A program made the translations under genes and the position numbers. A stretch of 64,000 nucleotides of DNA from Schmidtea polychroa (lineage: Eukaryota): assembly GCA_044892525.1 (NCBI GenBank), contig CM097885.1:37884001-37948000 (forward strand), in the 5' to 3' direction. How positions within the stretch are numbered: position 1 is the stretch's first letter; every line of letters begins with the position of its first letter. The notes under the pieces were generated by a model, which did no database searches, was not told the origin of the DNA, and saw only the letters and a list, made by a program, of their open reading frames with translations. Shown piece by piece: positions 56,440-64,000 of the stretch.

Positions 56440-56843
56440 GGTAAAGATATTAACACCCGCACGAAATATGTTTTTATTATTATTATTATTATTATATATA
56501 TATATAGTCAGAGTTTATCCGACAAGATATTCTGTCCCCCTATGGGTATTGCTCATATGGGTAATGGTCAAAGGTGTACTACTCACATTCAACATGTCTC
56601 AAAGGGTATAATATAATTATTATTAAATTCTGACCAACTTAAATCAATGAAGGGGTAGAACAAAAATATATTAAGTTGCGGTATTTTAAATTTAAAAATA
56701 TTTTAAAAACTTATTTTGACACTAAAGTTTACTTAATTAACAAAGACATAATTATTGCACATGCTTTGCATAAATATTATTATTTTTTAAATTTTCAATA
56801 TTTTCTTTTAAAGTATTAACACGCGCGGGAGTTATTATTATTA

Positions 56844-56896
<53 letters not shown>

Positions 56897-59800
56897 GTTA
56901 ATGAAAAATCTAAAATATGGTTTACACACACAACCCCTCAACCATTATTATTATTATCAATATTAAAAACCTAAAATATTTTTACACACACACATACACA
57001 CATGCACAACTCATTAACCATTATTATTATCATTATTAGTGAAAAATCTAAAATATGGTTTACTCACACAACCCATTAACCATTATTATTATTATTATCA
57101 ATATTAAAAACCTAAAATATTTTTACACACACACATACAACTCATTAAACTTATTATTATTATTATTATTATTGCAAATATTAGTCAAAAACATAAAAAC
57201 ACACACACAACCAATTAACAATTATTATTATCAATATTATTATTATTGCAAATACTAGTCAAAAACTTAAAATTTTTTTTTTACACTCACACAACCCATT
57301 AACAATTATTATTATCAATATTAGTGAAAACCTAAAATATTTTTTACACACACACACACACAACCCATTAACCATTATTATTATTGCAAATATTAGTCAA
57401 AAACATAAAAACACTCATAAACCATTATTATTATCAATATTAGTGAAAACCTCAAATATTTTTTACACACACACACAACCCATTAACAATTATTATTATC
57501 GCTATTAGTGAAAACCTAAAATATTTTTACACACTAAGTTATGGGGTAGAGAATTATTATATGTTTGCAGTATTCTGTGTTTGCCTTTACAGGAAGTTGT
57601 CAATATGGAGCGATAATTTTATACATACATTCTATATACACATACCTTGTTTAACATGGGTGTATATACTCCTAGTCTATCCGACAAAATATTCTGTCCC
57701 CCTATGGGTAATGCTCACAAGGGTACTACTCACATTCAACATATCGCAAGGGTATATTAATTAAGGTTAGTAAATAAAACCTATCACACACACTTTTATA
57801 TTTAAACTATAAAAATCAAGACAAGAGAGGACAAGGCAAAGTTTATGCAATTATTATTGCCAGGCCTAATGAGCAGTGACCAAATATCTGTGCCTGAAAG
57901 ACACGGTGGATATTTGTTCGCGTCCACAAGGGTCGTCTGTGCCTCCCCCAAGTGGGGTCAGAAGAACCTGGGCATTATAGCTTTCCGTACGGAACATTAC
58001 GCCTAGCATGGGTAGTCAACTACCAGCACATTCGAAACGTATAATTTCAAAATACATGCGTCATTGGCACTATAACCAAATTAATTAATGTTTTCACTAA
58101 CACAAATATATATTTACAGAGGCCTCCCACTAGTTGGATTACAACCGCCCACCACGACGATCAGCTTGTAAATATATATTAATTAAGGGATAAAGAGGAC
58201 CCACCCAACCCTATTATATTTAATTTACAAATTTTTCTCGCTCTTCTGTTGGTAATCTATCTCAAAATTATCATCTCCATCGGGTCATTTGGAATACATC
58301 TTGCAAATTGGACGTATTTCTTAGTTTCTGATGCGGCGTCCACTATCATTGCTAAAATTTATATTGATTTAAAAGCAATTAACTTACATTATCTAGCATT
58401 TTATCGTCACAGGCTTGATAAATTAGGCAACTGTTATTTGTGGTATACTTTTTCAATGTCATTTCCCACCATAAAACACAGATACCTAAATATAATATAT
58501 ATATTTTAAAGAATTAATTCATGTCTTACATTAATAATAATATTCTTCAGGTAGTACTTTACAATATCTAATTGCTAAAACATCGGTTTTTCCCATTTTT
58601 CTTGACAATCGTTGAAAGTTTACATAATTTAAGTCTGATAATTCATGTTGAAGGACACCCACAATCAGCTAATTCATTTAAGAAATCCGGAACTATAACT
58701 CCTTTAGTGTTTCACCATTTTGTCTGGTTCATTTTCTTCTATAATTCATGATTTACGCTTCTTACCATTTTAGAATAAGATTTTTTATCAAAATTTGTGT
58801 TAATTTGACTGATTCAATTTGATGGAGTTATTGTTAATTCGTTTTATTATATATACTCTGAGTTTATCCGACAAGATATTTTCTCCCTCTATGGGTACTG
58901 TTCACAATTGGTACTGCTCGTAAGGGTACTGGTCGTAAAGGTACTGGTGTTTTATTTAGGCAAATTTTTGGTTATTATTTAGCATTAAATTCGTTGGTAA
59001 TTTTTAGAGTTAGCGGGATTTTACTAACATTATTACTAACCTTTTTGTGAATAATTGAAAGAATATTTTGAAATTTAACGTTTTAGTGTTAATTCTAAGA
59101 CAAATTTAATTAATTTCTTGATAATTTGCTATATTTTATTGACTTGTTTTTAAATTTACTTTTAAATAATAATATTTTTAATGACAGTTAGGTTAATAAT
59201 TAGAGTTTTTACAATAATCAAGTTATTATTATTTAATTTTTGTAAAAATTATTGTAAAATATACTGAAATTTGTGATTTTGAAAGATATATCACGTTATA
59301 ATTGCTATATAATTAGTTGAATCGATGAAGAATTATGATCAATCAATATATTTCATCTCTAGTTAGGTATTTGATGGTAAATGTGGTGAAATATTTGTAG
59401 AAAATATTGATTTTAGTAAATTTTGATTTTTTTAATGGGCTCTTACTACATGAATTTAGATACTAAATTATTTCAATGGAAGGATGTCTGTAACAAATAA
59501 ATAAAATTCATATTTTGAAGAATTTTCTATGGATTTTAAGAGAATTGATATATTAAAGGTCTGATATATTAAAGTCGGTTGGTTAAGATGGTAATATATG
59601 ATTTTTAAGGTGTTTAAAATGATAGAAATATTTGGTGGAAATGTTTAAAATCTCTATTTAAATCGACAATGTTCTTATTGGTAAATTTTAAAGGGAATTA
59701 GTCAGTATTTAGCTATGAATTAATAATAGTTCCTGTGAAATTATATCGTTTTAGAGGTTTATTAGGTTGTGATGAATGTTATTGCACAGTAATTTAGATT

Positions 59801-62800
59801 TATGTTTTAGAACCAGTTTTATATTAATTATCCACTGTTTTATTAAGTCGTTTAGGGTTAATGATCAATTTACTTGGTTTTCACAATGAAATATTTGAAA
59901 TCTTTAGAATTAATTGGGATTGATATCAAAGGTTATTGCTTTAAATTATTTTACTTAAGAAGTTATTTTATTCATTGTGGGGACATCAGTGACAAAACTT
60001 GAGAAATATTGACTTAAAAGTTGGAAATCGACAACGGCTAAAGAAAATTGATCTTTATTGAAGGAATTTTATGATTTTAATTAGAAATTAAATCGGTTGA
60101 ATATCTATTGAAGGAATATTGTTATCGGATGGATAAGTGATATTTTGCCAAATTACCTTTGCTAAATATTATTTTAAATCACTAAAAATGAGAAAATTAA
60201 GCACTATTCATAAATTGATGACCCAAAATATCAATGTTTTGGTTACTCAAACATCTTAAATTTCTCGCAAAGATATATTACGTCTAATGATCATCTAATT
60301 AAATTAGAAAAGAATTGTTACTTTATAATATATATTTTTAACTAATAAGCACCTTAATTGGATAAATGATAACCATATTTCTATTATGACTCCTTTAATT
60401 ATTTTTGCCTCAAACAAATTTACTCCAAATGATAAAGAATTTAAAATTATCAATGAATAATGACCATGTTTTTCTCATATTATTAACTATTGTAACGAAC
60501 ATTAGATGAATAAATTAATTTTTGCTTTAAATGACTACAAAGTTAACCAATAAATTAGTCGCTCGACATAAGTGTAAAGTTACATTTAAAATATTCACGA
60601 ATTTCTGATCATCTCACTAAATTACCTAAGAATTTCTAAATGATTAATATAGCCTTGCGACATGTTGAATGTGACCAGTACCCTTGCTAGCAATACCCAT
60701 AGGGGGACAGAATATTTTGTCGGATAAACTCGGTGTATATGGTCTTTATTGATATATCAAAATACTGTTATTTATAAATTAACTAAAAATACTCAAAAAT
60801 ACTATATTATTTTACTGAATGATACCTTAAATGTTTTTAATATACATATTTCCAAATAAATCAACAGTTCAAACCAACAACATGTATGCAAGACCACCCA
60901 TTGTTAATTTATTTCCAGTGTCACGTCCCTCAAAAATACCGTGAGTGTTTAAACAAAACTGAGCTCAAAGAAACTTTCCAGATAACAACTCACCTGAATG
61001 TTTTGAACAAAAATGAGCGAAATTGAGAACAAACGATTAGATGGCGATTAACTTCTGGCCACAACCCTAACAACATGAAAATTAAGATTTTAATTATTGA
61101 ATTCGTTGTTTTCTGCCTGGAAATACTAACAGAATATTTTTTAATTCAAAGAATCTTCATTATAAATTTTTGAATTTAAAAAATTAAATTAAGGATATAT
61201 AAGTGTACATAAAATTATATAAAATTATACTATATTTATTAATAAATTTAGAATACATAAAATTATACTATATAATAATGTTAATGTTTAAATATGCTTA
61301 AATAACTAAATTGTTTAAATATTTTTAAATAACTAAATTTAAATTATTTAAATTTAAATTATTTAAATATACTTTTGATATAACTTTATTTCTTTCGTTT
61401 TAGTATCCATAAAGTAAGTAAATAAAGAATTTACTACAATATTTTAATTATTTTACTTAGTAATGAAGAAAATGAATTATATAATTATGAAGAAGATGAA
61501 CAAAATGGTGAAACATTAAATGACTTATGTTCTGGATTTAGAAATTTCTTATTAAAACATGAATTATAGAAGAAAATGAACCAGACAAAATGGTGAAACA
61601 CTAAAGGAGTTATAGTTCCGGATTTCTTAAATGAATTAGCTGATTGTGGGTGTCCTTCAACATGAATTATCAGACTTAAATTATGTAAACTTTCAACGAT
61701 TGTCAAGAAAAATGGGAAAAACCGATGTTTTAGCAATTAGATATTGTAAAGTACTACCTGAAGAATATTATTATTAATGTAAGACATGAATTAATTCTTT
61801 AAAATATATATATTATATTTAGGTATCTGTGTTTTATGGTGGGAAATGACATTGAAAAAGTATACCACAAATAACAGTTGCCTAATTTATCAAGCCTGTG
61901 ACGATAAAATGCTAGATAATGTAAGTTAATTGCTTTTAAATCAATATAAATTTTAGCAATGATAGTGGACGCCGCATCAGAAACTAAGAAATACGTCCAA
62001 TTTGCAAGATGTATTCCAAATGACCCGATGGAGATGATAATTTTGAGATAGATTACCAACAGAAGAGCGAGAAAAATTTGTAAATTAAATATAATAGGGT
62101 TGGGTGGGTCCTCTTTATCCCTTAATTAATATATATTTACAAGCTGATCGTCGTGGTGGGCGGTTGTAATCCAACTAGTGGGAGGCCTCTGTAAATATAT
62201 ATTTGTGTTAGTGAAAACATTAATTAATTTGGTTATAGTGCCAATGACGCATGTATTTTGAAATTATACGTTTCGAATGTGCTGGTAGTTGACTACCCAT
62301 GCTAGGCGTAATGTTCCGTACGGAAAGCTATAATGCCCAGGTTCTTCTGACCCCACTTGGGGGAGGCACAGACGACCCTTGTGGACGCGAACAAATATCC
62401 ACCGTGTCTTTCAGGCACAGATATTTGGTCACTGCTCATTAGGCCTGGCAATAATAATTGCATAAACTTTGCCTTGTCCTCTCTTGTCTTGATTTTTATA
62501 GTTTAAATATAAAAGTGTGTGTGATAGGTTTTATTTACTAACCTTAATTAATATACCCTTGCGATATGTTGAATGTGAGTAGTACCCTTGTGAGCATTAC
62601 CCATAGGGGGACAGAATATTTTGTCGGATAGACTAGGAGTATATACACCCATGTTAAACAAGGTATGTGTATATAGAATGTATGTATAAAATTATCGCTC
62701 CATATTGACAACTTCCTGTAAAGGCAAACACAGAATACTGCAAACATATAATAATTCTCTACCCCATAACTTAGTGTGTAAAAATATTTTAGGTTTTCAC

Positions 62801-63414
62801 TAATAGTGATAATAATAATTGTTAATGGGTTGTGTGTGTGTGTAAAAAATATTTGAGGTTTTCACTAATATTGATAATAATAATGGTTTATGAGTGTTTT
62901 TATGTTTTTGACTAATATTTGCAATAATAATAATGGTTAATGGGTTGTATGTGTGTGTGTGTAAAAAATATTTTAGGTTTTCACTAATATTGATAATAAT
63001 AATTGTTAATGGGTTGTGTGAGTGTAAAAAAAAAAATTTTAAGTTTTTGACTAGTATTTGCAATAATAATAATATTGATAATAATAATTGTTAATTGGTT
63101 GTGTGTGTGTTTTTATGTTTTTGACTAATATTTGCAATAATAATAATAATAATAATAAGTTTAATGAGTTGTATGTGTGTGTGTAAAAATATTTTAGGTT
63201 TTTAATATTGATAATAATAATAATAATGGTTAATGGGTTGTGTGAGTAAACCATATTTTAGATTTTTCACTAATAATGATAATAATAATGGTTAATGAGT
63301 TGTGCATGTGTGTGTGTGTGTGTGTGTAAAAATATTTTAGGTTTTTAATATTGATAATAATAATAATGGTTGAGGGGTTGTGTGTGTAAACCATATTTTA
63401 GATTTTTCATTAAC

Positions 63415-63464
<50 letters not shown>

Positions 63465-63809
63465 TAATAATAATAACTCCCGCGCGTGTTAATACTTTAA
63501 AAGAAAATATTGAAAATTTAAAAAATAATAATATTTATGCAAAGCATGTGCAATAATTATGTCTTTGTTAATTAAGTAAACTTTAGTGTCAAAATAAGTT
63601 TTTAAAATATTTTTAAATTTAAAATACCGCAACTTAATATATTTTTGTTCTACCCCTTCATTGATTTAAGTTGGTCAGAATTTAATAATAATTATATTAT
63701 ACCCTTTGAGACATGTTGAATGTGAGTAGTACACCTTTGACCATTACCCATATGAGCAATACCCATAGGGAGGCAGAATATCTTGTCGGATAGATTAAGT
63801 GTATATATG

Positions 63810-63877
<68 letters not shown>

Positions 63878-64000
63878 TTACAACGTATGGATTGTGAGCA
63901 GTACCATTGCAACTTGTTGAATGTGAGTAGTATATTTGTGTGCAGTACCCATAGGGGGACAGAATATTTTGTCGGATAGACTAGGATTATATATGATAAT
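54858..64000. mobile_element. Second fold-back Polinton/Maverick-like element (copy 2), right end outside the window
   Basis: Starts AGTAGTAGG. From ~56510 homologous to copy 1. Inverted arms ~56535-58750 and 61558-~63770 flank a 2.8-kb single-copy segment homologous to 22971-25822. Confidence 0.75.
54941..56150. repeat. ~22-bp tandem repeat tttttagaa(c/t)gatgcctaatat with interspersed longer duplicated units
   Basis: Direct reading; unit starting agtgatc(c/t)agcgg recurs near 55052, 55265 and 56182. Confidence 0.9.

Overview
AT-rich, transposon-dense animal DNA with 36-52-nt minimal GT-AG introns and many (AAT)n/(TA)n tracts; a triclad flatworm-like genome is my guess. Host genes: a large exon of a Na+/Ca2+ exchanger (minus, 2070-3600) and a kaptin (KPTN)-like gene whose 11 in-phase exons I assembled by hand (35199-52059, plus; 3' end not found). 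The rest is mostly decayed mobile DNA: Ginger-type integrase elements, Tc1/mariner, hAT, piggyBac and hAT MITEs, a full Ty3/gypsy provirus with 5-bp TSD, an actin pseudogene and a WD40 gene fragment. The main result is a 15.8-kb fold-back element (16137-31945) with 5'-AGTAG...CTACT-3' termini and a perfect 6-bp TSD (TATAAC), which are Polinton/Maverick hallmarks. It consists of inverted arms of about 6 and 9 kb around a 698-bp spacer and has no recognisable enzyme gene. A related fold-back copy starts at 54858 and runs off the window; it has different terminal arrays and a shifted symmetry point. Each copy has homogenised its own two arms. Both carry an invariant structured GC-rich island, a dispersed 45-bp dyad motif, bZIP-site arrays and a decayed, apparently spliced cargo gene. 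All alignments were done by eye and no database search was possible.
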